A stretch of 64,000 nt of DNA from an uncultured Thermoplasmata archaeon (GTDB lineage: Archaea > Thermoplasmatota > Thermoplasmata > Halarchaeoplasmatales > Halarchaeoplasmataceae): the NCBI GenBank assembly GCA_964462425.1, contig CAYWYD010000006.1, forward strand, positions 717 through 64,716, in the 5' to 3' direction. Position numbers and translations under genes: made by a program. Positions 27,539 to 37,800 of this stretch are shown here, piece after piece (the first letter of the stretch is position 1; each line of letters begins with the position of its first letter). The notes under the pieces were generated by a model. That model did no database searches and was not told the DNA's origin. It was given only the letters and a program-made list of their open reading frames with translations.

Positions 27539-29734
27539 TCAGTGGTAGGCTCTAGGAGCCTCCTCGAATTTTTCTCCCGCTTCACCTTCTTCCTTCTTGC
27601 TCTTGATCTTCTCGTAGGCCTCTTCGAAATGTCCCTGTTTTACCGTGTTTTCTTTGATATCTTCACCTTCTACTTCTTCTCTCTCCACGGCTTCACGTAT
27701 AGAAAGCATCACCGCTTCGTTGCATATAGAGGCTATATCGGCACCGCTCATGTCCTTGGTCTTTTCAGCCAAGGCTTCGAAATCGACTTCACTGTCTACC
27801 GGTCTATCTCTCGTGTGTATCTCAAAGATTTCCTTTCTAGTCTCTTGATCTGGCATACCGACTTCCACGCTTCTATCGAATCTCCCGGGCCTCAGCAGCG
27901 CTGGGTCGATCAATTCAGGCCTGTTGGTAGCGCCGATGACGATCACGTCGTGGAGAGCCTCGAGCCCGTCTAGTTCGGTAAGGATCTGAGATATTACTCT
28001 CTCCGAAACGTTCGAATCGGAACTGCTGCCTCTCTCCGGAGCTAACGCATCGATCTCGTCGAAGAATATTATCGTCGGTGCGGCCTGCCTGGCTTTCCTG
28101 AAAGTTTCCCTAACCGCTTTCTCACTCTCACCGACCCACTTCGAGAAGAATTCCGGTCCTTTGACGGAAATGAAGTTGGCGTCGCTCTCGTTTGCTACCG
28201 CCTTTGCGATCAAGGTTTTACCGGTTCCCGGAGGACCTCTCAGCAGTATGCCCTTTGGTACTTCTGCGGACATATGATCGAAGAGATCCTCGTACTGCAT
28301 CGGCCATTCAACAGCCTCTCTCAACTCCTGCTTCGCTTCTTTCAAGCCGCCAACGTCTTCCCAGGTGACGTCGGGCGTCTCTATGACCACTTCACGCATC
28401 GTCGAGGGGTCCATCTCTCTGAGTGCCTGGTTGACGTGGTCTTTCTTGACTTTCAAATCCTCGAGGACGTCCGCGGGTATCTTTTCCGCTTCTAGGTCTA
28501 TGTCAGGTAAAACGTCTCTTAGTGCATTCATCGCGGATTCTTTTGCTAGAGCCTCGATATCCGCGCCGACGAAGCCGTGCGTGTGAGCGGCTAACTCTTC
28601 AAGATCGACGTTCTCCGCCAAAGGCATACCCCTAGTGTGGATCTCGAGTATCTCCTTTCTACCCCCACGATCGGGCATACCTATCTCTATCTCTCTGTCG
28701 AATCGACCGGGTCTTCTTAAGGCGGGATCTAAAGCGTGAGCTCGGTTCGTAGCTCCGATGACTATGACTTTACCTCTCGCTTCTAGACCGTCAAGTAAAG
28801 AGAGAAGTTGAGCTACCACTCTCCTTTCGGTCTCGCCGGAGACCTCGTCTCTTTTTGGCGCGATGGAATCAAGTTCATCTATGAAAATTATCGAGGGCTG
28901 GTTCTCTTCGGCTTCTTCAAATATTTCTCTCAACCTACCTTCGCTTTCACCGTAATACTTCGACATTATCTCCGGACCGCTGATGGTGAAAAAGTTGGCG
29001 TCGGTCTCACTCGCCACCGCTTTTGCCATCAAAGTCTTACCCGTCCCGGGAGGACCTTGTAAAAGTACGCCTTTAGGAGCCTCTACACCCACCTTATCGA
29101 AGAGTTCCGGATGACGGAGAGGAAGTTCCACCATCTCTCTTACTTTCTCTACTTCCTGCTCGAGACCGCCGATATCCTCGTACGAAACTCTAGGCGCCTT
29201 AGCTATCTCCTCTTTGCTTATCGGCTTCTCAGAGATCGTCACTTTCGTCGTATCGGGTTTTATGATCACCGCTTTTTTCGAGGGACTGTAGTTTTTGACC
29301 ACGAGTTCGATCTTCTTACCCATGATGTTGAGAGTTATGGTATCGCCTTTGGTTATAGGTCTGTCTCTAAGAGCCTGTTTTCTGAGATACTCTTCTCCTC
29401 CCATCAATCTAACGGGTTGTGTCGGCGCGAAGGTAACTTTTTTTGCCGCAACGGTTTCCACTTTTTCTATCCCTATCTTTTCGTCTATCTTGACCCCGGC
29501 GTTCCTTCTTGTAGGACCGTCGATCCTTATGACACCGGTATTCCTGTCTTTCTCGTCCCCGGGCCAAACTTTGGCCGCGGTCTGACTTTTCCCGTAGATC
29601 AGGATTATGTCTCCGCTCTTTAAACCCATCTGCTCTTGGACCTCTGGATCTATCCTCGCTAAACCCCTTCCTACATCACTGGACTTTGCTTCCGCCACTT
29701 TCAAAAATTTTTCATCTTTTTTCATCGTTTCCAC
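27539..29734 (-). CDS. cdc48: Cdc48/VAT/p97-type AAA+ ATPase (N-domain plus two AAA modules).
   Basis: Two Walker A motifs GPPGTGKT, two DELD/DEID Walker B motifs, and a Cdc48 N-domain ([12 protein letters not shown]). 731 aa. Confidence 0.95.
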   Translation of the reverse strand: METMKKDEKFLKVAEAKSSDVGRGLARIDPEVQEQMGLKSGDIILIYGKSQTAAKVWPGDEKDRNTGVIRIDGPTRRNAGVKIDEKIGIEKVETVAAKKVTFAPTQPVRLMGGEEYLRKQALRDRPITKGDTITLNIMGKKIELVVKNYSPSKKAVIIKPDTTKVTISEKPISKEEIAKAPRVSYEDIGGLEQEVEKVREMVELPLRHPELFDKVGVEAPKGVLLQGPPGTGKTLMAKAVASETDANFFTISGPEIMSKYYGESEGRLREIFEEAEENQPSIIFIDELDSIAPKRDEVSGETERRVVAQLLSLLDGLEARGKVIVIGATNRAHALDPALRRPGRFDREIEIGMPDRGGRKEILEIHTRGMPLAENVDLEELAAHTHGFVGADIEALAKESAMNALRDVLPDIDLEAEKIPADVLEDLKVKKDHVNQALREMDPSTMREVVIETPDVTWEDVGGLKEAKQELREAVEWPMQYEDLFDHMSAEVPKGILLRGPPGTGKTLIAKAVANESDANFISVKGPEFFSKWVGESEKAVRETFRKARQAAPTIIFFDEIDALAPERGSSSDSNVSERVISQILTELDGLEALHDVIVIGATNRPELIDPALLRPGRFDRSVEVGMPDQETRKEIFEIHTRDRPVDSEVDFEALAEKTKDMSGADIASICNEAVMLSIREAVEREEVEGEDIKENTVKQGHFEEAYEKIKSKKEEGEAGEKFEEAPRAYH

Positions 29735-29872
29735 CTCTTTCTAACAACTATACAATTTGATGTTGTTATATTGTTGTTGTAATGATACCGGCAAAGTATT
29801 ATTTAAAGTTTTGGGGGGAGGGTGTTCTAAATCACATTAAAAAGTACAACTAGCTAAATCTGGAAGGAATTA

Positions 29873-29933
29873 AACAAAACATTTATATAGAACCTCAAAC
29901 AATCGACAGATACCTAAATAAAGGTGAACAAAC
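29873..29933 (+). promoter_or_regulatory. Thermosome promoter. TATA box tttatata (29882-29889) with an A-rich BRE-like upstream; RBS aggtga 7 nt before the ATG.
   Basis: Consensus archaeal TATA at the expected distance in the cdc48-ths divergent intergenic region. Imperfect palindrome aacaactatacaa / ttgttatattgttgtt at 29740-29790. Confidence 0.5.
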
Positions 29934-31610
29934 ATGATGGGAAATCAACCGATAGTATTATTGAAAGAAGACACGGAGAGAGAAAGTGGAAAAGACGCAC
30001 AGAAGAACAATATCGCTGCAGCTAAAGCGATCGCTGATGCGGTGAGAAGTACCCTCGGACCGAAAGGTATGGACAAGATGTTGGTCGACAGTCTCGGAGA
30101 TGTAGTGATCACCAACGACGGCGCTACTATACTCGACGAGATAGACATCGAGCATCCTGCAGCCAAGATGGCCGTGGAGATGGCCGAAAGCCAGGACGAC
30201 GAATGCGGAGACGGTACTACCTCCGTCGTGGTTCTCGCAGGGGAGTTCCTGAAGTTAGCTGAAGATCTCATAGAACAGAACATCCATCCGAGCGTTATAG
30301 CTAAAGGTTTCAGATTGGCTTCTCAAAGATCGAGAGATATCTTGGAAGAAAACAAGATAGAGATCGATATCGAGGACGAAGAGAAGTTAACGGAGATAGC
30401 CATGACCGCTATGACCGGCAAAGCTATAGAAGGTGATAAAGACAGGCTAGCGGAGCTTGCGGTCGACGCAGTTACTCACGTAGCCGAAGCCGAAGACGGA
30501 GAGTACATGGTAGACATTGACAACATCAAAGTGGAGAAGAAATCTGGAGCTGGAGTCGATAAAACAGAACTGATAAACGGTATCCTATTGGACAAGGAGA
30601 GACTCCAAGAGAACATGCCTTCTGAAATAGAGGACGCCAAGATAGCACTTCTAAACTCGGCCGTAGAGATAAAGGAGACTGAAGTCGACGCCGAGATCGA
30701 AATAACGGATCCAGATCAACTCGAACAGTTCGTAAACAAGGAAGAAGAAAGCATAAAAGAGATGGTCAGGAAAATAAAAGATTCCGGAGCTAACGTATTG
30801 CTTTGTCAAAAAGGTATAGATGACCTCGCTCAGCATTATCTGGCAAAGGAGGACATCTTTGCCATCAGAAGGGTGAAGAAGTCTGATATGAAGAAACTTG
30901 CAAGAGCTACAGGCGGAAACGTGGTTACTAACCTGGACGACCTTAGTAAAGATGACCTTGGTAAAGCCGAATCGGTCGAAGAAAACTTCATCGGCGACAG
31001 TCACATGACATACGTAGAAGGCGGCGAGAAAGGAAAGGCAGTAACGCTTCTATTGAGAGGGGGAACGGAACACGTGATAGACGAGCTAGAAAGAGCTGTT
31101 CACGATGCGCTGAAAGTCGTAGGAGTCGCTATAGAGGACAAAGCGATACTCCCAGGTGGAGGCGCTGTCGAGATAGAGCTGAGAAAAGGCTTGAAAGACT
31201 ATGCTGGTAAAGTCGAAGGTAGAGAGCAGCTCGCGATCGAAGCCTACGCCAACGCCTTAGACGTCATCCCGAGAACACTTGCAGAGAATGCGGGGATAGA
31301 CGGTATCGACGTGTTGATGGAACTGAACAATGCACACGAAGAAAAAGGACTTGAAAAACATGGGATCGAGATAGTCAGTGGAGACGTTACAGATATGACT
31401 GAGAGCAAGGTCGTAGAACCGCTCAGAGTGAAAGGTCAAGCGATCGAAGCCGCGACTGAAGTTGCCAACATGATCCTGAGGATAGACGACGTTATAGCCT
31501 CCAAAGGAGGAGGAGACGAAGAAGGCGGTGGACCACCTGGTGGAGGAGCTCCCGGTGGAATGCCCGGTGGAATGGGCGGCGGAATGCCACCCGGAATGGG
31601 CGGAATGTGA
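29934..31610 (+). CDS. ths: Thermosome (group II chaperonin) subunit.
   Basis: Full CCT/thermosome homology with a C-terminal [18 protein letters not shown] tail. Confidence 0.95.
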   Translation: MMGNQPIVLLKEDTERESGKDAQKNNIAAAKAIADAVRSTLGPKGMDKMLVDSLGDVVITNDGATILDEIDIEHPAAKMAVEMAESQDDECGDGTTSVVVLAGEFLKLAEDLIEQNIHPSVIAKGFRLASQRSRDILEENKIEIDIEDEEKLTEIAMTAMTGKAIEGDKDRLAELAVDAVTHVAEAEDGEYMVDIDNIKVEKKSGAGVDKTELINGILLDKERLQENMPSEIEDAKIALLNSAVEIKETEVDAEIEITDPDQLEQFVNKEEESIKEMVRKIKDSGANVLLCQKGIDDLAQHYLAKEDIFAIRRVKKSDMKKLARATGGNVVTNLDDLSKDDLGKAESVEENFIGDSHMTYVEGGEKGKAVTLLLRGGTEHVIDELERAVHDALKVVGVAIEDKAILPGGGAVEIELRKGLKDYAGKVEGREQLAIEAYANALDVIPRTLAENAGIDGIDVLMELNNAHEEKGLEKHGIEIVSGDVTDMTESKVVEPLRVKGQAIEAATEVANMILRIDDVIASKGGGDEEGGGPPGGGAPGGMPGGMGGGMPPGMGGM

Positions 31611-31657
31611 TCGGATAACCGCCTAGAAAAAACCAAAAACCTTTCTTTCTATTTTTC
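31611..31657. terminator. T-rich bidirectional terminator region between convergent ths and tmk.
   Basis: Sequence aaaaaaccaaaaacc...tttctttctatttttctt (oligo-T tracts on both strands). Confidence 0.4.
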
Positions 31658-32227
31658 TTAAAGTTCCTTCTCGATGATCCTTGAGATATCGCTTTTCACT
31701 TCTTCTAGACCCTTCTCGGCATCGATGATTTTCCAATCATGGTTTACCGCGAGCTCGAGATAATTATCTCTGACTTGTTGTAGGAAATCTAGTTTCTCAT
31801 ACTTGCTTTTGATACTCCTCTCAGAGATCCTCTTCAAAGCTTTCTTTGGATTCAAATCCAGTAGAAAGGTCAGATTCGGCTTTCGGATGAAAGGCTTTTG
31901 AATACTTTCCGCGTATTCAAGTTGTATTTCATCATAGGCGGATTGATATGCCGCCGTAGATCCCCAATACCTGTCACACACTACATGAAAATCCTGATCC
32001 AATCTTTCCCTGATCCTTTCGGTATGTTCCACCCTATCCGCAAGATAGAGAAAAAGATCCATGTAGGGTGAAGTCTCTTCGGTAGCGATCCTCTGGGCCA
32101 TCATTCCTGTCTTCGAATCGGTGGGTTCTTTCGTAAAATGCACTTTTTCCAATCTCTCTTGGAGGAGGTCTAAAACGCTAGATTTTCCTGAGCCGTCTAT
32201 TCCTTCAAAGACGATAAATTCTGACAT
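31658..32227 (-). CDS. tmk: Thymidylate kinase.
   Basis: P-loop FEGIDGSGKSS and a DRY-like motif. 189 aa. Confidence 0.85.
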   Translation of the reverse strand: MSEFIVFEGIDGSGKSSVLDLLQERLEKVHFTKEPTDSKTGMMAQRIATEETSPYMDLFLYLADRVEHTERIRERLDQDFHVVCDRYWGSTAAYQSAYDEIQLEYAESIQKPFIRKPNLTFLLDLNPKKALKRISERSIKSKYEKLDFLQQVRDNYLELAVNHDWKIIDAEKGLEEVKSDISRIIEKEL

Positions 32228-32430
32228 CTAAGTAAGAAACGGCCCATCACAAAATAGTTTTTCGGTTTTTTTGATAGAATAGGGGTACCAATTCACACGA
32301 ATCTAGTAGCGTTAGAGACTTATATCTCTTTTTTTACTTATATCTCTTTTTTCAAAACTATAGTACGAGATAACTGACAGCGCCTTTCCATCAAAGCTTT
32401 TAAATATAGCTGTGTTATATATAACTACAC

Positions 32431-32958
32431 ATGAATGTTAATACTCGTTGTATGCGGGTCGTTTTCGCTTTCCTAGTCATCTCCCTACTATTGATCGGGA
32501 CTTCATTTTCAACTCGGGCAGATGAAGATGAAGAAGAGGGTTGGGAAGAATATATTGAATTCACCGGAACCCTCAACTATATTTTATTTGGGCTAGCTAT
32601 CCTTATCCTCCCCTGGAAATATATCTATAAGAGTTCTCTGAAGAGGTTGGATCCAGAAGACAGTTTTCGTGATAAGTTGCGAACTCTCAACAGTTTGATG
32701 AAAAATCTGCACTATATCCTAGGAGGGTTAGCTGTTCTAGTGATAACTTATCACGCCTATCTAACGAGGGAAAAATTGAATTTGATTTTGATGGTTGGTT
32801 TATCTTTGATATGGTTTTTTGTGATCACTGGTGTTATGCCGTTAATTGATAAAGTGCCTAACAGCATTAAAAAATGGGCTTACCGGATACATGGAAGCAA
32901 GATTTATCTCGTCATCACAGGAATTATGCTATATTTAGGCCACGTTGTGGTCGATTGA
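32431..32958 (+). CDS. Hypothetical integral membrane protein.
   Basis: Signal/TM, acidic stretch, 4 TM. Confidence 0.4.
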   Translation: MNVNTRCMRVVFAFLVISLLLIGTSFSTRADEDEEEGWEEYIEFTGTLNYILFGLAILILPWKYIYKSSLKRLDPEDSFRDKLRTLNSLMKNLHYILGGLAVLVITYHAYLTREKLNLILMVGLSLIWFFVITGVMPLIDKVPNSIKKWAYRIHGSKIYLVITGIMLYLGHVVVD

Positions 32959-33065
32959 TTTGATCAAGGTTATTGTAGGTTCATATGGTGTTAATCTTGT
33001 TTTTTACATAAATCATCGGGCCAATCAAGGATTAGATTTAAGTACATGTACTCGATAATCCACTG

Positions 33066-33293
33066 ATGACCGAGACAGATAATAGACCTTTGACCGTATT
33101 GAACAGGAATCTTGGCAGCAACGTGATAGTTGAACTGAGGTATGGTAAGGAATATAGAGGTAAGTTGAGTGGATATGACCCTCATCTTAATCTAGTGCTA
33201 GAAGATGTTAAGGAGTTTATAGACGGAGAGAAGGTCAGAGAGATGGATGAAGCTATGGTAAGAGGAGATAATGTTGTTTACGTGTCACCGTGA
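33066..33293 (+). CDS. Sm-like archaeal protein (LSm).
   Basis: Sm1/Sm2 motifs (VIVELRYGKEYRGKLSGYDPHLNLVLEDV). Upstream of L37e as in many archaea. Confidence 0.85.
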   Translation: MTETDNRPLTVLNRNLGSNVIVELRYGKEYRGKLSGYDPHLNLVLEDVKEFIDGEKVREMDEAMVRGDNVVYVSP

Positions 33294-33308
33294 TAGTGAG
33301 GGATATGT

Positions 33309-33476
33309 ATGAGTAAAGGAACATCGTCTCAAGGACAGAAGTCATCTGGTAAAACCCATATCACCTGCAGAAGATGTGGGAAAAAAGCCTATAATCTGGA
33401 AAAGGAAGCTTGTTCGGCTTGTGGATTCGGTAAATCCGCGAAGATGAGAGACTATAATTGGGCAAAGGATCATTGA
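33309..33476 (+). CDS. rpl37e: 50S ribosomal protein L37e (55 aa, C4 zinc ribbon).
   Basis: [55 protein letters not shown]. Not in the ORF track. Confidence 0.8.
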   Translation: MSKGTSSQGQKSSGKTHITCRRCGKKAYNLEKEACSACGFGKSAKMRDYNWAKDH

Positions 33477-33492
33477 TCTATAGATAATCTTA

Positions 33493-33512
33493 TCTTCGTG
33501 TTTTTTGGGTGA
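33493..33512 (+). terminator. Oligo-T terminator after rpl37e (cttcgtgttttttggg).
   Basis: T7 run following a short GC-containing segment. Confidence 0.4.
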
Positions 33513-33566
33513 TCCTGAGTCGGTTTACACTTCTTTCCAAAAGCATAAAAAGCTGACCATGTAGTC

Positions 33567-34187
33567 TTGGTGTTGAACAAAATGAGTCGGATGCCGTATT
33601 ATCTAAAGCAGAGGGTAGAAGAGATAAAAAAACAGAGTATAGAGCCTAGTAGGTCCAGCATAGAATTACCAGTCTGGGAGAAAATAGTGATAACCTATGT
33701 GCCGCTTTTGATCTTTTGGATAATCGTCAGCGGCAATATTTCCTGGCAAAACGTTTTGATAGGAGGCATCGTATCCATAATCATAGCTTCATTTATGTAT
33801 GAGAATCTCACGGATGATCTGAGATTGGAAGGTCATGTTGTGACAAAGATACTATACATCACATTCCTGCGAATACCAGAATATTTATTCATAATGGCAT
33901 TTCAGTTGATCGAGAGCAATATCCAGGTGGCAAAACATGCGTTATTCATGGATATAAATCCAAGTATCGTGAAGATCAAAACGGACTTGAAGTCCGATAC
34001 CGGAACCACTATATTGGCAAATTCTATCACTTTAACCCCTGGGACCTTAACTATCGACATAGATAAAAAACTAGATAAAACACACGTTTACGTTCATTGG
34101 ATAGATGCGAGGACCATGAACTTGAAAGAAGCCGGGGACGAGATAAAGGGAGGTGTCGAAAGGTGGTTGAAGAAAATATTCTGGTGA
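33567..34187 (+). CDS. mrpE: Mrp/Mbh antiporter subunit E (MnhE/MbhA-like).
   Basis: Hallmark ITLTPGTLTID motif. Confidence 0.75.
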   Translation: MVLNKMSRMPYYLKQRVEEIKKQSIEPSRSSIELPVWEKIVITYVPLLIFWIIVSGNISWQNVLIGGIVSIIIASFMYENLTDDLRLEGHVVTKILYITFLRIPEYLFIMAFQLIESNIQVAKHALFMDINPSIVKIKTDLKSDTGTTILANSITLTPGTLTIDIDKKLDKTHVYVHWIDARTMNLKEAGDEIKGGVERWLKKIFW

Positions 34188-34444
34188 ATCCATTATGGTG
34201 GACCATCATAATTCTGCTTATCACCAGCTTTCTGCTCATCTACAGGGTAGTTCGTGGGCCAACGTTACCGGATAGGGTCATAGGGATAAACACGATAACG
34301 ACGAAGGTAGTGGTTATGATCGCACTGATATCCATAGTTTCAAAACAGTATTATCTGATCGATCTCGCTATAGTACTTTTGATGGTGAATACAGTGATAG
34401 GTCTTATATGGGCAAAACATTTTGAAAGAGGTAGCGAAAAATGA
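34184..34444 (+). CDS. mrpF: Mrp subunit F (MnhF/MbhB-like). GTG start overlaps the mrpE stop; the track ORF begins at 34097.
   Basis: GPTLPDRVIGINTITTKVVVMIAL fits the MnhF motif. Confidence 0.7.
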   Translation: MNPLWWTIIILLITSFLLIYRVVRGPTLPDRVIGINTITTKVVVMIALISIVSKQYYLIDLAIVLLMVNTVIGLIWAKHFERGSEK

Positions 34445-34761
34445 TCATCGAGCTGATTTTGTTTACATTGGGTAATACTATCATGATATTCGGAGCATTA
34501 GGGGTTCTACGTTTTCCAGATCCTTTTATTCGTCTTCACGCCTCAACGAAAACCGATACGGGCGGCGCAATGAGTATCTTGATTGCGGCTGCGATGTTGG
34601 CTACTACAGCACCTTGGGGCGCCAGGATTAAACTGCTCGTGTTGACTTTTCTGATAGCGTTGATCAACCCCATGATATCTCATGCTATAGCTAGAGGAGC
34701 CCACAAAAGCGGAATAGAACCGATATCGGTGGTAGATATGTATGCTAGAGATAATAAATGA
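34441..34761 (+). CDS. mrpG: Mrp subunit G (MnhG/MbhC-like).
   Basis: Motif RFPDPFIRLHASTKTDTGG. Confidence 0.75.
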   Translation: MIIELILFTLGNTIMIFGALGVLRFPDPFIRLHASTKTDTGGAMSILIAAAMLATTAPWGARIKLLVLTFLIALINPMISHAIARGAHKSGIEPISVVDMYARDNK

Positions 34762-34987
34762 GATTATATTGATCGCGATGGTAGTAGTCGCGGTAATCAT
34801 AGTACTAGAAGATAGCTCCATAAGGGCAGTTGTCGAACTAGCTCTTTTCAGTCTCATGTTTGCATTCGCCTTATTTAATTTAAAGGCCCCGGATGTGGCC
34901 CTTTCCGCCATAGTGGTGGGCGCTATAGTGGTAGGTATATTTCTCTACACGATCCAGGAGGTGGAAGGATTAAAAAACATCTCATAG
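34742..34987 (+). CDS. Small Mrp/Mbh membrane subunit (MbhD/DUF4040-like, MrpB-N related).
   Basis: 81 aa, 3 TM. Its position and size match MbhD in the Mbh-type gene order. Confidence 0.55.
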   Translation: MLEIINEIILIAMVVVAVIIVLEDSSIRAVVELALFSLMFAFALFNLKAPDVALSAIVVGAIVVGIFLYTIQEVEGLKNIS

Positions 34988-34989
34988 CT

Positions 34990-35256
34990 TTGATACTTGT
35001 CCTGATACTGGGAAGTATTCTAGTTCCGTTGGATTATTCACGAGAAGTTACCGACGAAAATGGAGACGAACCCAGCAGTTATGAACACTACGTCGAAAAC
35101 TGGGAAGACGTAGGGGCAGGAAATCTGGTGGTAGGGGTACTCATGGATTGGAGAGCCTATGATACGATGGGTGAAGCTATAATCCTATTCACCTCTATTT
35201 TCGGTTTCCATGTATTACTCGGAGGTGATAGAGATGAAGATGTCGACGGTGGTTAG
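34990..35256 (+). CDS. Small Mrp/Mbh membrane subunit (MbhE-like, MnhB-domain fragment). TTG start.
   Basis: Motif VLMDWRAYDTMGEAIILF. Confidence 0.55.
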   Translation: MILVLILGSILVPLDYSREVTDENGDEPSSYEHYVENWEDVGAGNLVVGVLMDWRAYDTMGEAIILFTSIFGFHVLLGGDRDEDVDGG

Positions 35257-35656
35257 AAAAAATTCAAAGATAATCTCGCCCTTTCTATTTGCCTACGGGG
35301 CCTATCTAATAATCTATGGGCATCTGAGTCCAGGCGGTGGTTTTCAGGGAGGCGTCATCCTCGCCGTAGGGATCATCCTTTTATTGACCTCTCATGGGTA
35401 CAAGCTAGTCCATGAGAATTTTCGAGAAAAGCTAGTCAAGGTGACCGAGAGTACCGCCATACTCGGGATACTCCTTTTAGGTCTTTCTGGACTTATATTC
35501 CAAGGATTATTTTACAATTACCTTAGAGGGGGAACGCCCGGTACTCTCTTCAGCGGAGGTACCATAGTGCTCTTCAATATCCTAGTAGGACTCAAAATAG
35601 GGATGGGCTTTACCATCGTATTTTATGTCTTTCTAAGGAGGATGGAAAGTGATTGA
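35210..35656 (+). CDS. mrpB: Mrp subunit B C-terminal domain (MnhB/MbhF-like).
   Basis: HLSPGGGFQGG hallmark. Confidence 0.7.
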   Translation: MYYSEVIEMKMSTVVRKNSKIISPFLFAYGAYLIIYGHLSPGGGFQGGVILAVGIILLLTSHGYKLVHENFREKLVKVTESTAILGILLLGLSGLIFQGLFYNYLRGGTPGTLFSGGTIVLFNILVGLKIGMGFTIVFYVFLRRMESD

Positions 35657-35990
35657 ATCGATAACTGGAGGATACTTGACGGCGCCGATCACCGGCGTGA
35701 TTCTGATGATGATAGGACTTTATGGACTCATGGTCAAAAAAGATCTGATCAAACAGGTGATCTCAATCAATATAATCTCACCCGGGGTAGTTCTATACTT
35801 CACCGGTCTAGGCTATGTGCCCGATGCGGAAGCACCGCTTCTTCCTAATACCGAGGTGGTCGATCCTATCCCTGCAACACTCATGCTTACCACGCTTGTA
35901 ATCGACGTAGCTGTAACTTCATTCGCTCTCGCTCTCATCATAAAGATCGAAGAAACCGATCTAGATCTGACAGAAGGTGATGAAGATTGA
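35649..35990 (+). CDS. mrpC: Mrp subunit C (NuoK-like, MbhG).
   Basis: 113 aa, 3 TM, NuoK-like pattern. Confidence 0.7.
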   Translation: MIESITGGYLTAPITGVILMMIGLYGLMVKKDLIKQVISINIISPGVVLYFTGLGYVPDAEAPLLPNTEVVDPIPATLMLTTLVIDVAVTSFALALIIKIEETDLDLTEGDED

Positions 35991-37567
35991 TCTCGTTGAT
36001 CGTAGCTTTGCCCTTCTTCTTTTCGTTTTTACTCACGATCACCGTTTATTTCAAGATAGGACGGACTTATAAGAAAATAGTATTTTTAGCGGGTGTACTT
36101 TCACCTATACCGATATTTGCTTACAATCTAGACAATCTACCCGTTGCTACTGTGTTAGGAGGATGGACCAGGATATCCGGTATCGAAATCGGTATAAACA
36201 ACGTCAATTCCTTCTTCCTCCTCGCAGCTCTCATCATATTTCCCCTAGTTGCGTTCTACAGTTTGAAGCATTTTGACAAGAACGATGGAAAAAAGGATTC
36301 CGTATCTAAGGATTCAAAATTTTGTCTTATACTCCTCCTTTACGGAGGTGTACTCGGGAGTTTCATCACTAGAGATCTATTTAATTTTACTGTTTATATG
36401 GAGATAGCTTCGCTCGCCGCCATCATATTAGTGGGTAGTTCTGACACCAGTGGAGCTAAATTCGCGTCGTTCAGATATCTGATGCTCTATCTTCTTTCAT
36501 CATTCTTCTTCATCTTCGCCGTCGGTATAATTTATGTGAAAACGGGATATCTCAATTTTCACATGATCCAACAGAACTTGGTGATGGATAGGGAAATAAA
36601 GATCGCAATAACCGTAGCTTTCACAGCCCTTATAATGAAAGCGGGTATATTTCCCCTCCACTTCTGGCTTCCGGATGCTCATTCAAAAGCAGATTCTCCT
36701 GTCAGCGCCCTACTCTCCGGTATCACAGTGAAGGTCCCCGTATTTGGGATGATATTGTTTTTGATGTATACACCCATCGATTTTTTGACCGTCCCTCTGA
36801 TGATCATCGCATTCAGTTCCATCTTCTTCGGCATCTTTATGGCGATCTTTCAGACGAATGCAAAAAAACTATTGGCATATCACACCGTCTCCCAGATGGG
36901 GATCGTGTTACTAGCTATTTCTGTTTTAGATGAATATGCGGCGGCTTACTATGTCTTTGCTCACGCTCTATTCAAATCAGGTCTGTTCCTCGGGGTCGGA
37001 GCTCTTGTTTCCTCTCATGAAACTAAAGATCTGAAAACTCTCTGTTTCCGCGATAGAAGAGTCTTGATGGTATCTTTCGTGGTCTTGAGTCTAGCGATCG
37101 GGGGTATTTCCCCACTGATCGGCGCCTTCGGAAAACATGAGATATTGACCAACTTGAGCGGTATGAGTGCCTATCTACTTTACGGAGCTTCTATCGGAAC
37201 TTTGGTTTCATTCACTAAATTGAATTACGAGCTGTTCAAATCTAAAGAAGCCGACTACGAGAAAGAGGAGAACGTACTAGAAAAGGGGATCGTATTTCTC
37301 CTGGCACTATCGACGATAGGATTCGGTATCTATTATTATCCTAAACTGAATTGGACCGACCTCATCTTTTTAGGCATAGCTCTCGGTCTCTTTTCACTGT
37401 TGAAACTCTCGAATATATTGGAATGGAACGTACCGAGATATTATGAAAGAAACCTAGAGGGATTGGGGAAACAGATCAATTTTTATACCGCGATATTCGT
37501 CATCGTGAATAGCTTGTTACTCTCCCTAGTTCTCTTCAGAGATATCCTTGAAGGAGTGATATTGTAA
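35987..37567 (+). CDS. mrpD: Mrp subunit D-like proton/cation-translocating subunit (NuoL/M/N family), copy 1.
   Basis: Motifs FPLHFWLPDAHSKADSPVSALL and HTVSQMG. 526 aa. Confidence 0.8.
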   Translation: MISLIVALPFFFSFLLTITVYFKIGRTYKKIVFLAGVLSPIPIFAYNLDNLPVATVLGGWTRISGIEIGINNVNSFFLLAALIIFPLVAFYSLKHFDKNDGKKDSVSKDSKFCLILLLYGGVLGSFITRDLFNFTVYMEIASLAAIILVGSSDTSGAKFASFRYLMLYLLSSFFFIFAVGIIYVKTGYLNFHMIQQNLVMDREIKIAITVAFTALIMKAGIFPLHFWLPDAHSKADSPVSALLSGITVKVPVFGMILFLMYTPIDFLTVPLMIIAFSSIFFGIFMAIFQTNAKKLLAYHTVSQMGIVLLAISVLDEYAAAYYVFAHALFKSGLFLGVGALVSSHETKDLKTLCFRDRRVLMVSFVVLSLAIGGISPLIGAFGKHEILTNLSGMSAYLLYGASIGTLVSFTKLNYELFKSKEADYEKEENVLEKGIVFLLALSTIGFGIYYYPKLNWTDLIFLGIALGLFSLLKLSNILEWNVPRYYERNLEGLGKQINFYTAIFVIVNSLLLSLVLFRDILEGVIL

Positions 37568-37800
37568 TCTGTATGGGATTATAATCAATATAAATGCTGA
37601 AATAGATATTGGGATGTGAAGATCAAAGATATTTGGGTCGAAGGACAAATGGCGAGACATATGCTGAGAACGATGTATGAAACGACCTTCATGAGGAAAA
37701 TGGTTCCTACTCTTAAGTACTTCATGTTTGCATCAGCCTCATTTTTATTGATAGGTCTAGAGATCGGCCTTTCGCCTAGAATAGTGGGAGGTGACGATAG

